NCBI GenBank assembly: GCA_002269645.1
Contig: NIVC01001587.1
Span: 200,716-264,715, forward strand
Source: Macrostomum lignano
Lineage: Eukaryota
DNA: 64,000 nucleotides
Reading direction: 5' to 3'
Shown here in pieces: positions 25,493 to 37,086 of this stretch. The translations under genes and the position numbers were made by a program. Every line of letters starts with the position of its first letter. Within the stretch, counting starts at the first letter, position 1. Below the pieces are notes generated by a model, which was given only the letters and a program-made list of their open reading frames with translations, was not told where the DNA came from and did not search any database.

Positions 25493-27136
25493 CCCCTAGG
25501 CTAATTCATAATTTTGTCTATATGAGCTACTGCGGTCCGTATATTGTATGAAGTGCAGGAATTCACTAGGAATGGAAGACTCAGTCAGTATGCAGCTAAG
25601 TGAGCACTCAGTCAGTAACAGTAGCAGAAAGAAATTGCTCAGACAAGGCAAACCTCTCTCTCCCAATGCATAAAACAAGCATTAGCAATAGCCATAAAAG
25701 TGTTTTTGTTTAAATGGAGAGTTGTATAAAAGACACGCACTGGGCGGGGGTAGAGCTCATGTCGACTTGAAATACCAGCTGCAATCCTCAGATCCTCAGA
25801 TAGTGAAGGAAGCAAAGCGCTTGCTATAATATGGAGACAGTGGAAAACAAACATTTATAGTCGTCAATCATTAAAATCCCGCGTTTAAGACTAGCTAACA
25901 GTGGAATAGCGGTTTCCATACTTGGTAATCCTTGTAGAGAGGAATCGACGAAAACTTCGGCGGAGAAAAAAATATGTTTTTTTGAAGAGGTTTGCAAGAG
26001 CGTTAGTGATGAGCAAACAGTGCTACGAGTCCAGTGTCCGCTGCTCCCAATACTATAGTAGTCGATCTCCGCTCTCTGTCTCTGGCACTAGTGCTTAACT
26101 ACAAGGGCTCTTCAGCGCTCAGGCTTCCACTTCTTCATTGGAACAATTTAAAACGGCGCGGCATTGACCGACGAGTTGCGAGTTTCGCTGAGGGGCGGGA
26201 ACTGTTGCGGCTTGCATTCTATTCTAAACTACTCATGTTTTACACGAGTCCCGCTTGGCGCATGTTTTCCACTATAATGCTACGGGCGGCGGCAGCAATC
26301 GAAAAGAGAGAGAGAGGGGGAGAGGGCGGAGAGCAGGGGTTCAGGAGAGTGGGAGAATTCTCACTAGGGGGCGCGATCCCTTCACCTACAGCACCCCCCC
26401 CCCCGATACCCCTCTGCCGGCTGGAAGCTTGAGCACAGCAGCTGCTGCCGCTGTGTTTGAGAAGAAGACTGGAGGGTCGGCTAGGGCGGAACTGCTGACA
26501 CAGAGCTGAGCAAGTTTTATTGCGCAGCATTTTGGTAAACTCGCAGTAGTCAGCTGCTTAAAAACTCGCTGATTTCTCTACTGTCTTCCCTCAGCTGCGA
26601 CTCCTGAGCCTCCCCCCGAGCAGCTCTTCAAAGTTTTTATCGCAGGGGTAGGAGGGGAGAATTGGGAGAGGCGGTTCGCGCGCCAATCTCAATGATATGT
26701 TTGTCTTTAATTTCGGTCGGGAAATATTCAAATTCTAATAGTGAGCTTGGGAGGTCGGAAAGGGGGTCGAGTCCCAAGGCCAAACTAGACTATAAGGGGT
26801 GGCCGATGCGGCCTCTGTTTACCCAGTTTGAAGAGGCCAAAGCACAAGGAAGAGACACTGCAATGGGTTGCTTTGCTGGGCTAAACCACTTTTTGTGTTT
26901 TTTTTTCCCAAAACTGCCTTTCCATGCGGGTTCCTTGTGCTGTGGGAAAAGTTTACACCGAGCACTGGCTGAGCAAGCAGAGGGAAGCGGTGCGTTTATT
27001 TAACGGAGAGAAAATGGACAAGAGGTTGGTCATGATTTTACCAGTATGTACTCGAGAATGGGCACCGCCAGAGTCATTTTATCACATTCTCGGACACCCT
27101 GTCTATAGTGCGATCAATGACTAGCCACATAATATC

Positions 27137-27448
27137 GACCTCACTCCGAAATGTACACTGACAAAAGCAATTGTGTCTATCATCAGCCTTCCTCTCTAAC
27201 CCATTAGCGCCCACCTCACTCCGCAATGTACACTGACAAAAGCAATTGTGTCTATCATCAGCCTTCCTCTCTAACCCAGCTGCGCCCACCTCACTCCGCA
27301 ATGTACACTGACAAAAGCAATTGTGTCTATCATCAGCCTTCCTCTCTAACCCATTAGCGCCCACCTCACTCCGCAATGTACACTGACAAAAGCAATTGTG
27401 TCTATCATCAGCCTTCCTCTCTAACCCATTAGCGCCCACCTCACTCCA
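27137..27448 (+). repeat. 78-bp tandem repeat x4 just upstream of the protocadherin
   Basis: Four near-identical copies of CACCTCACTCCGCAATGTACACTGACAAAAGCAATTGTGTC... Confidence 0.93.
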
Positions 27449-27597
27449 CTATTGATCCGATTTAGATGTTTTAGGAGCCCTCCCCGAAGGGGGCGCAAAT
27501 GACTAGTCCACATATACTAAGCAAAGCGTATGCAAAGCGTAGCACACAGTCACCTTCTCTGCTTCAATTGCATTGCAGGCAACAGTAAGTGCAGCAA

Positions 27598-30500
27598 ATG
27601 TCGTTGCTGCTGCCGCTCCTGGCGGGACTGTTCCTGACGCCGAGCCTCACAGTTCTCACCTCGGCCGTACTGCTGCAAGAGACACTAAGCTTCGATGAGA
27701 AACAGCCGCCCAGCACTCTGGTTGGCAGCCTGCGCCCGCCATTGAGGCGCTACCTCACCGACTCCGAATTGGCAAACGTCTCCCTGACGCGCCTGTCTGC
27801 CAACCAGCCGGGTGCGAGCCTCTTCGACATCCGGCAAGATGGCGGAGTGTATACCGGCCGTCTGACGCTCGATCGAGACCGGCTGTGCAACACGGACGGC
27901 CTCTGCTGCGAACCCGACATGCGACAGCTGGGCGACCTGGCCGTGTGCGAGTTCAAGCAGCTGGTGGTGGCTACGCACAGCGCTGGCTCACCGGTTACTC
28001 TGGAGCTGACTCTACAGCTCAGAGATCTCAACGACCATTCGCCGGCATTCTCTGCCGATAAGTACGTAGTGCACTTCCGCGAAACTGACCAGATAGATCA
28101 ACTGGTGCTGCTCCCGTTGGCTATTGACGCTGACTGGGGTAGAAACGGCATCGTGAGCTACCGGCTGCGAGAGCCAAGCGACTTCTTCAAGCTGCAGGAG
28201 GTGCGAAAAGGCGACAAGATCACCGAGCTGCGGCTGCTGAACCGGCAGCCGCTAGACCGCGAGTCCAGCGCGTGGCACAGCCTGCACCTAGTGGCCGAGG
28301 ACGGCGGCAGGAAGTCCGGTGCCACATTAATCAATGTCACGATTGATGATGTCAACGATTGCAGCCCGGAGTTTGTTAACGGTAGCCAGGTGTCTGTCGA
28401 CGTGCCCGAAGACAAGCGCGAACGCTCCGTGGTGGCCAGCGTTCTGGCTACGGACAAGGACGAAGGACAGAACGGCCGGGTGAGCTACAGGCTGCGCCAG
28501 GGCCAGTCGGGGCAGCCCTCGGCGCTGCTTTTCGGAGTCGACGCCCACACCGGTCGCATTTGGCTCTACCGGCCACTCACCTTCTGGCCCCAGCGGCCGG
28601 CGAGCAACTGGCACGACCTCACCGTGGTGGCGTTCGACCACGGCTCGCCAAGTCGGTCAGCCGAGATCACCGTCCGCATTCGCGTGCTGGACGTCAACAA
28701 CCACGCGCCAAGCATCAACGTGCAGAGCCTCCTTGCCGGGCCGGCGGGAGCCGCTGCCTCGACTGATCCGGTTGTCCACGTGCTGGAGAATCAGCAGTAT
28801 GGTGCTCAGCGACCCATAGCTTCGTTACACTCGCAAGATCAGGACGACGCTGAGAATGGCCGAGTCCGGTGCGACCTGAAGTCGGGCGCGGACATGTTCG
28901 GCCTGCAGCTCATCAGCCAGATGAAAACTGGCGACTGCATCTACCATCTACTGGCGCTGCAGACCTTTGACAGAGAAGCCGTGGCGCGTCACACTGTCAC
29001 GGTGCGGTGCTCCGACCAGGGGCAGCCGGCGCAGCACAGCGAGTTAGTCATCCGTGTTGAGGTCGATGACGTGAATGATTCGCCGCCGGTGTGGCCGAGC
29101 TCCGCCCCGATTTCGCTAGCCGTTCTGGAGAATCAGCCGACCGGGGCGCCGCTCGGCTTCGCCCGCGCCGAAGACGCCGACGTTGGGCCGAACGCGGTCA
29201 TCGAGTACCGCCTGGAGCCGCCGGAGATCCTGGCGGACCTGGCCATCGACACTGCGAGCGGCCAGCTGACCACCGCTCGGTCCTTCGATCGAGAGTCGCA
29301 GGCCAGCCTGTCGTTCCGCGTCGTGGCGGTCAATCCAGCTCCGCCTGGGTTCTCTGCCACCGCGGAGGCGAGCCTCCGGATTCTGGACGAGAACGACAAC
29401 CAGCCGATTGTGACTGAGGACACGCCCGGGACGGTCACAGTGTTGGAGGGCGCCCCGGTCGGCACGGTGGTCACCCGGATCAACGCTACGGACGCAGACG
29501 AAGGTCCGCAACGTTTTCGATTCACAATCAAGAGTGGCGGCGGCGGGAAATTTGTCGTCCGCAACAACGGCGAGATCGCACTGTCGGGCCAGCTGGACCG
29601 GGAGCTCACCGCTGAGCACCAGCTGCTCATTGGGGTGGCCGACTCTGGCGTGCCCAGCCAGCGGACCGAGTTCCGTCTCACCGTGCTGGTCGGGGATATC
29701 AACGACTCGCCGCCGAGGTTTGTCTTCCCGCCGGCTGAGAGGCCCGGCCCGCCACATCAGGTGAGAGGCAGCTGGGCGATAGTAGTGGTGGGGAAGCTGA
29801 CTTCATGACAGTTTCATTCAGAAAAAATTTTACGATGTCACGATGATGTCCCGACTATAATTCTGTCAAATGCTGTCACGATGCTTCCAGGAAACTTTTG
29901 TACAAGCATTTTTGTACCGCTCCACCCCAACCTGCGCAGGTGAACATCTCAATCAACCAGATTCCCGGCAATCCAGTCGCCACCATCATCGCACACGACG
30001 ACGACACGGGACAGAACGGCAACGTCACCTACCGGCTGCTGCGGTCGGTTTCCGGCAGCGCGCCGGCGCCTGCCTCTTCGTCGGGTTCAGCTGCCGGCGC
30101 CGAGACACCGACTGACTTCGCCGACTATTTCAACCTGGAGCCGCTGACCGGCAGGCTGCTTCTGCGGCGACGCCTCCAAGGCGTCCCCGCTGCCGACGGC
30201 TGCCTCGGCGGCGGGTCCGGCCGCCTGCTGCGGTTGGAAGCGTCTGACCAAGGACAGCCGTCTCTGAAGCGGGTGACTCAGCTACGAATCTGCGCCGTCA
30301 ACGACGTCAGCGACGGAGGCGGAGGTGCCGGCGGTGGCAACGGCAGCCCGCCATCGTCGTCCGGGCAGGACGGGCGCACCTGGCCTGGCGCCGGCGGCAG
30401 CGGCGGAAACGGCGAAGTTTTTAACGGCGGCGATTTGTCTAGCGCAATCGTGCTGCTGACTGCCGGCCTGGCCATTCTCGTGCTGCTGGCGCTCATTCTG

Positions 30501-33500
30501 TCTGTGGTGTTCCTCATTGTGAGGCGGCGGGCCGAGGGATTCTCTGCTGCCGGCGGCGGCGCGTCTGCCGGAGTGGGGCGGGGTGAGTGAGAATAGGGTG
30601 GGGAGAGTGAGAATAGGGTGGGGTGAGTGAGAATAGGGTGGGATGAGTGAGAATAGGGTGGGGTGAGTGAGAATAGGGTGGGGTGAGTGAGAATAGGGTG
30701 AGGTGAGTGAGAATAGGGTGGGGTGAGTGAGAATAGGGTGAGGTGAGTGAGAATAGGGTGGGATGAGTGAGAATAGGGTAGGGTGAGTGAGAATAGGGTG
30801 GGGTGAGTGAGAATAGGGTGGGATGAGTGAGAATAGGGTGGGGTGAGTGAGAATAGGGTGGGGTGAGTGAGAAAAGGGTGGGGTGAGTGAGAATAGGGTG
30901 GGATGAGTGAGAATAGGGTAGGGTGAGTGAGAATAGGGTGGGGTGAGTGAGAATAGGGTGGGGTGAGTGAGAAAAGGGTAGGGTGAGTGAGAATAGGGTG
31001 GGGTGAGTGAGAATAGGGTGGGGTGAGTGAGAATAGGGTGGGGTGAGTGAGAATAGGGTGGGGTGAGTGAGAATAGGGTGGGGTGAGTGAGAATAGGGTG
31101 GGGTGAGTGAGAATAGGGTGGGGTGAGTGAGAATAGGGTGGGGTGAGTGAGAATAGGGTGGGATGAGTGAGAATAGGGTGGGGTGAGTGAGAATAGGGTG
31201 AGGTGAGTGAGAATAGGGTGGGGTGAGTGAGAATAGGGTGGGGTGAGTGAGAATAGGGTGGGGTGAGTGAGAATAGGGTGGGTGAGTGAGAATAGGGTGG
31301 GGTGAGTGAGAACAGGGTGGGGTGAGTGAGAATAGGGTGGGGTGAGTGAGAAGAGGAGGGGGGTAAGTGAGGCTGGGACTCAGGGTAAGTGAGGCAGGGA
31401 TTAAGGGTGAGTGAGGCTGGGATTAAGGGTGAGTGAGGCTGGGATTAAGGGTGAGTGAGGCTGGGATTAAGGGTGAGTGAGGCTGGTATTAAGGGTGAGT
31501 GAGGCTGGGATTAAGGGTGAGTGAGGCTGGGATTAAGGGTGAGTGAGGCTGGGATTAAGGGTGAGTGAGGCTGGGATTAAGGGTGAGTGAGGCTGGGATT
31601 AAGGGTGAGTGAGGCAGGGATTAAGGGTGAGTGAGGCAGGGATTAAGGGTGAGTGAGGCTGGGATTAAGGGTGAGTGAGGCTGGGATTAAGGGTGAGTGA
31701 GGCAGGGATTAAGGGTGAGTGAGGCTGGGATTAAGGGTGAGTGAGGCTGGGATTAAGGGTGAGTGAGGCTGGGATTAAGGGTGAGTGAGGCTGGGATTAA
31801 GGGTGAGTGAGGCAGGGATTAAGGGAGAGTGAGGCAGGGATTAAGGGAGAGTGAGGCTGGGATTAAGGGTGGGTGAGGCAGGAACTCAGGGTGAGTGAGG
31901 CTGGGATTAAGGGTGAGTGAGGCTGGAATTAAAGCTGAGTGAGGCTGGGATTAAGGGTGAGTGAGGCTGGAACTCAGGGTGAGTGAGGCTAGGATGAGGC
32001 ACACTGAAGCGGTTAGGCTGAAGACTGCCTGGGTTATGACGCAACGCGGGCCACTCCAAGGCCAAGAATGAAGTGTGCATTCAGCTTAGCATAGAGTGGG
32101 GGCTTTTACGTGCCAAAAGAAATAAAAAAGGATCCATCAAGTAAAACGATGCGGACAGGAGCCGGGGGGGGGGGCTGAGCAGAGCAGGCAGATAATGAAG
32201 GCGCGGAGGACTCAACGGGAACTCAAAGGACTGAAATCGGAAATGTTTGCCAAGAGGCCTGGAATGGAGACTACCCCAACCGGCCCAGCTGGGCTCGGGG
32301 CGTGAAACTCTCGGCAGTCATCATGTCGGAATGCCGAGTCCAGCGCCCGCGATCGGAAGAAGCTCGCGATTTTCGAGGCCCCTCTCAAGTGGACCGCCTG
32401 AGCTGGGTGGGATTTTGGCACCGCGGGGAGCAGATTAGGGAGTGTTGAGGTGATTGAGAATGGCCTGGTTAGGCTCCCCGGACTGTCAGTTTAGTTAGTT
32501 GAACGAACAAGGGAAGACACAACTTCCTGTTCGTGGGGGGGGGGGGGTTCGGCCGATTGAAGTTCAACTAGACTCACGTTTGGGAGCAAGCTTTTTTATC
32601 CGATTTTTGTAACTCGCTAACTGGGGCTTTAGGGGCGCTAGCAGGGGCGCTAGCAGGGGCGCTAGCAGGAACAATGAGAGGGGCGCTAGCAGGGGCGCTA
32701 GCAGGGACAATGAGAGGGGCGCTAGCAGGGGCGCTAGCAGGAACAATGAGAGGGGCGCTAGCAGGGGCGCTAGCAGGAACAATGAGAGGGGCGCTAGCAG
32801 GGGCGCTAGCAGGAACAATGAGAGGGGCGCTAGCAGGGGCGCTAGCAGGGACAATGAGAGGGGCGCTAGCAGGGGCGCTAGCAGGAACAATGAGAGGGGC
32901 GCTAGCAGGGGCGCTAGCAGGGACAATGAGAGGGGCGCTAGCAGGGGCGCTAGCAGGGGCGCTAGCAGGAACAATGAGAGGGGCGCTAGCAGGGGCGCTA
33001 GCAGAGACAATGAGAGGGGCGCTAGCAGGGACAATGAGGAGGGCGCTAGCAGGGACAATGAGAGGGGCGCTAGCAGGGGCGCTGAGAGGGGCGCTAAGAA
33101 CATGAGCTTCAGTAGAGGCACTGATTGAAATGAAAAATCAGCGATCAAACCGAGATTCCACAGCAGCGTCCTCCGAAAAAAAGGATTCAAAGTTGTGCCT
33201 TGACATGCGTGCCTCGATTCCCTCGTTTCGCTTCTCTTATTGTTCTCATTTATCGCTGGATCTAGTCCCATACTCGTATCATCAGTAGTCTGATTTTTCA
33301 TAGCTTCTCTCTGAGTGAAAGCCTGGGTGAAATCGCATTTCTCAATCCAAGTAAATCTGTCTGATCAGTGCAGTCCAGGTTACCCTTGCGTGCGCAATAT
33401 CATCTTACTTGCTGGGCCTTTTCCCTCAGCCCCCTCTCTCTCCCGTATTATCCTGTTGCGCAAGATGCCAATACTGATAGGGGATCAGCAGCGGCAGATC

Positions 33501-36379
33501 CATGGGAATAGCTTTGCCTTTGTCTCGCGGAGGCAGATGAGGAAGGCGTGTGTAGCTGTTAACTCAATCAGCCAGTTGAAATGCCACACTATATACTCAC
33601 TAGGGCCTGCAGGCCTGCTTTCTCATTAATTCAATTCATCCCTCTAATCCGTTCTGCTCTTGCCCCCATCCCAAGGATAAAACAAGCCTTACTAGTCAAA
33701 CTGAGCGTCACCGCGTGTAGTGCGGGATGCAGATGGATAAAATATTAGCCCTGCCCACCTGCCACTTCCTTCATCGCGAATTGCAAATATTCGTCGTTAC
33801 TGAATCCTGAGACAGCTTTTTGAGTCGAAAAATTAATTAACTCACTAGGCGAAAACCTGAGCTGCTCTCTTAGAAAAAACGACTAAAGAGAGAATTAGCC
33901 GCTTGACTGGACAAAATCTGATCAAAACTGCTCTTGTTCAGTTAATTCTTTGATAACTCTGCCGTTGGTTCTGGCACTGAATCAATTTTTTCTTTGAGGT
34001 GTGTTTTCAATTACTCAAGTAAATTCTCCCCTCACTGCATTCTGCCTCATGCCAGATGTCCAAGGATTATCCAGCAAGAACATCAGCCTGCCTAGCTACG
34101 ATCCGGTACTGAAGGTCTCTGGAGACAACGCCCTGAGCAGCCTGCACGGATATCCGGCTCAGTCAATGGTTAGCGTTTGTGAAATTTGCCATGAGACTCG
34201 CGGTCTAGGGATACCTCAGTCTTCAAAGAAACCTCACTCCGTAAAGACCTCTTACTCTGCAAAGACACCTCACTCTGCAAAGACAACTCACTCTGTAAAG
34301 AAACCTCATTCTGCAAAGACACCTCACTCCACAAAGACACCTCACTCTGCAAAGACACCTCACTCTGCAAAGACACCTCACTCTGCAAAGACAACTCACT
34401 CTGCAAAGACACCTCACTCTGCAAAGACATCTCACTCTGCAAAGACATCTCACTCTGCAAAGACACCTCACTCTGCAAAGACACCTCACTCTGTAAAGAC
34501 ACCTCACTTTGCAAAGACACCTCACTCTGCAAAGACACCTCACTCTGCAAAGACACCTCACTCTGCAAAGACACCTCACTCTGCAAAGACACATCACTCT
34601 GCAAAGACACCTCACTCCACAAAGACACCTCACTCTGCAAAGACACATCACTCTGCAAAGACACCTCACTCTTCCAAAGACACCTCACTCTGCAAAGACA
34701 CCTCACTCTTCCAAAGACACCTCACTCTGTAAAGACATCTCACTCTGCAAATACACCTCACTCTGTAAAGACACCTCACTCCACAAAGACACCTCACTCT
34801 GCAAAGACACCTCACTCTGTAAAGACACCTCATTCTGCAAAGACACCTCACTCCACAAAGACACCTCACTCTGCAAAGACATCTCACTCTGCAAAGACAT
34901 CTCACTCTGCAAAGACACCTCACTCTGCAAAGACACCTCACTCTGTAAAGACACCTCACTTTGCAAAGACACCTCACTCCACAAAGACACCTCACTCTGC
35001 AAAGACACATCACTCTGCAAAGACACCTCACTCTGCAAAGACACCTCACTCTGCAAAGACATCTCACTCTGCAAAGACATCTCACTCTGCAAAGACACCT
35101 CACTCTGCAAAGACACCTCACTCTGTAAAGACACCTCACTTTGCAAAGACACCTCACTCTGCAAAGACACCTCACTCTGCAAAGACACCTCACTCTGCAA
35201 AGACACCTCACTCTGCAAAGACACCTCACTCTGTAAAGACACCTCACTCTGCAAAGACACCTCACTTTGCAAAGACACCTCCCTCTTCCAAAGACACCTC
35301 ACTCTGCAAAGACACCTCACTCTGCAAAGACACCTCACTCTTCCAAAGACACCTCACTCTGCAAAGACACCTCACTCTGCAAAGACACCTCACTCCGAAA
35401 AGACATCTCACTCTGCAAAGACACCTCACTCCGAAAAGACACCTCACTCTGCAAAGACACCTCACTCCGAAAACACACCTCACTCTGCAAAGACACATCA
35501 CTCTGCAAAGACACGACACTTCATTAAAGACACGTCACATCGTAGACACCCCAAATCCGTTTTCGCAATTCCCCCTTCAGCTCTCTCTCTCTCAACCTTC
35601 GCAGCACATGTCACTCAGCAAGAACCGGCGCAAGCGAGGCCTTGAGCTGGAGCAGCTCGAGCTTGAAGCCAGCGAGAAGATGCTGTCGTCAGCGGCCAGT
35701 CGACCCGACGTTGCCCAGGGAGCGCCTGTCGAGACGATGCGGCGAGGCACGGATCCAGGTGATCCAGGCGTTGATGTTAAGCTGATGAACTGGAAAAGAA
35801 AGAAAGAAGAGGGACAGATAGCAGGACTCCAGAATCTCGAGTCTACCCACCCAGTTAAAGAGAACTAGACTACAGCAATCTAATTAGTGGAGGCAAACAA
35901 ATAAAGGAATGAATATTTTTGGAAAAAATTCACCATTCCTGTCGATTTTGCCAGGCTTCCTTGACCAACGCGGCTACTTCAGCGGCGCGGTCAGCCAGTC
36001 GGACGAAAATCTGTTCCGAGATGTCGGCGTCGCGGCTGCTGGCGGTTCGTCCGCTACAATGCATCGCCGGCAGCCACCGCAGCAGCAACAGCAGCAGCAG
36101 CAGCAGCAAAGACGTCAGACGAGGCAGCAACAGCAGCAGCATCCGGCTGACATGTACAGTATTCCCATGCCACCGCTACTGCAGGGGGCCGGTGCCATCA
36201 TAGGATCGGCAACGGGATCTCGGGATCAGCTGCGCTCCAAACAGCCGCTGAACTACACACAGCTTACCAGCCTGTCCCAGCCAGTGTGCCAGGACTATGC
36301 CAATCCGGTGACCTCTTTGGCCACCATAAATAGCAATCGACCGGCCCGCTTGCCCTACGATCATGTTAGCGACGTCTGA
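27598..36379 (+). CDS. Protocadherin with 7 extracellular cadherin repeats, TM helix and cytoplasmic tail; 5 exons
   Basis: Exons 27598-29760, 29940-30582, 34056-34168, 35605-35758, 35955-36379 with phase-consistent GT-AG junctions (0,1,0,1). Signal peptide MSLLLPLLAGLFL; repeated DRE, DxD and DxNDxxPxF motifs; TM AIVLLTAGLAILVLLALILSVVFLIV followed by RRR. Cytoplasmic exons were joined by hand and are less certain. Confidence 0.88.
30583..31990 (+). repeat. 20-bp (GTGAGTGAGAATAGGGTGGG) and 22-bp (GTGAGTGAGGCTGGGATTAAGG) minisatellites starting at the protocadherin intron-2 donor
   Basis: About 38 and about 28 copies. The first GTGAGT is the predicted donor. Confidence 0.96.
32630..33097 (+). 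repeat. 12-bp modular minisatellite (GGGGCGCTAGCA / GGAACAATGAGA)
   Basis: Visible 36-bp higher-order repeats. Confidence 0.93.
34225..35515 (+). repeat. 18-bp minisatellite (ACACCTCACTCTGCAAAG) in protocadherin intron 3
   Basis: About 70 copies. Confidence 0.96.
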
Positions 36380-36814
36380 GCTGAACTTCGCATTTTCTGA
36401 CGCACGTTTCTTCTTTGACTAGCAACGGATACAAATAAAAGCTAAATGGGCCAGAAACTGTACTTTTAGGTTGGATGGCTTAGCGCGCTGAACCTCTCCG
36501 ACGTCGCAAAATCTCTAACCCCCGTCCCGCCGCCGCATTTTAATGCCTTCTCTTCATTGGTCCAGCCAGCCTAATGCTGTCATGTACATTTAAGTTGGCG
36601 CTGGCTAATGTACATTGCGGCTGCAACAATAGCAAGTTAAATTGTCGATTTAAAAGTCTGCAAGTCACTCTAAACTGCTACATAAAATAGCTCACAATTT
36701 CTTCTTTGCTACTGATTGAAAGTAGAAAGACTATTTTAACACGGCAGTATGCCTAAGCGGCCCATCTTGCTTTTATAGGATCTGTGATTGAGACTATGTC
36801 TATACACAATCGCC

Positions 36815-36965
36815 TTCTTAGTTCTGATTGGCTGCCAATTTCTCTAGCAGCCACCTCACCTACCCCGTCCTTCCTTTCTCTGTTTTCTGATTGGCTGCCA
36901 ATTTAAGTAGCAGCCACCTCTCTTACTCGCCCTTCCTATCCCTCTTTTCTGATGGCTGCCAGTTT
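36815..36965 (+). repeat. Three degenerate ~65-bp repeats (TCTGATTGGCTGCCAATTT...TAGCAGCCACCTC); the retrotransposon inserted in the third
   Basis: Visible direct repeats at about 36822, 36886 and 36948. Confidence 0.7.
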
Positions 36966-37086
36966 AATCGTTAGCTTGACTTACTTGACTTAGCTGCAGG
37001 GTGGTCCGTAGACACAGCGGGGAGGCGAGGGTCGCCCATTCCGCTAGCCCCTGAAGGCCCGCAGACAGGCAGAGGCGTGGGGCCGG

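Noticed and set aside
27137-27448. Minus-strand CTGATGA in the 78-bp repeats; also superficially CRISPR-like spacing
   Set aside because: No GAAA hammerhead core. Units are contiguous with no unique spacers, and the context is eukaryotic with no cas genes.
31365-31990. TTAAGGG motifs resembling telomeric TTAGGG
   Set aside because: Embedded in a 22-bp unit and not the hexamer itself; no true telomeric tract.
32212-32438. GC-rich ORFs inside protocadherin intron 2 as a possible extra exon
   Set aside because: Exon 34056-34168 already bridges the phases, and no convincing acceptor/donor pair was found here.
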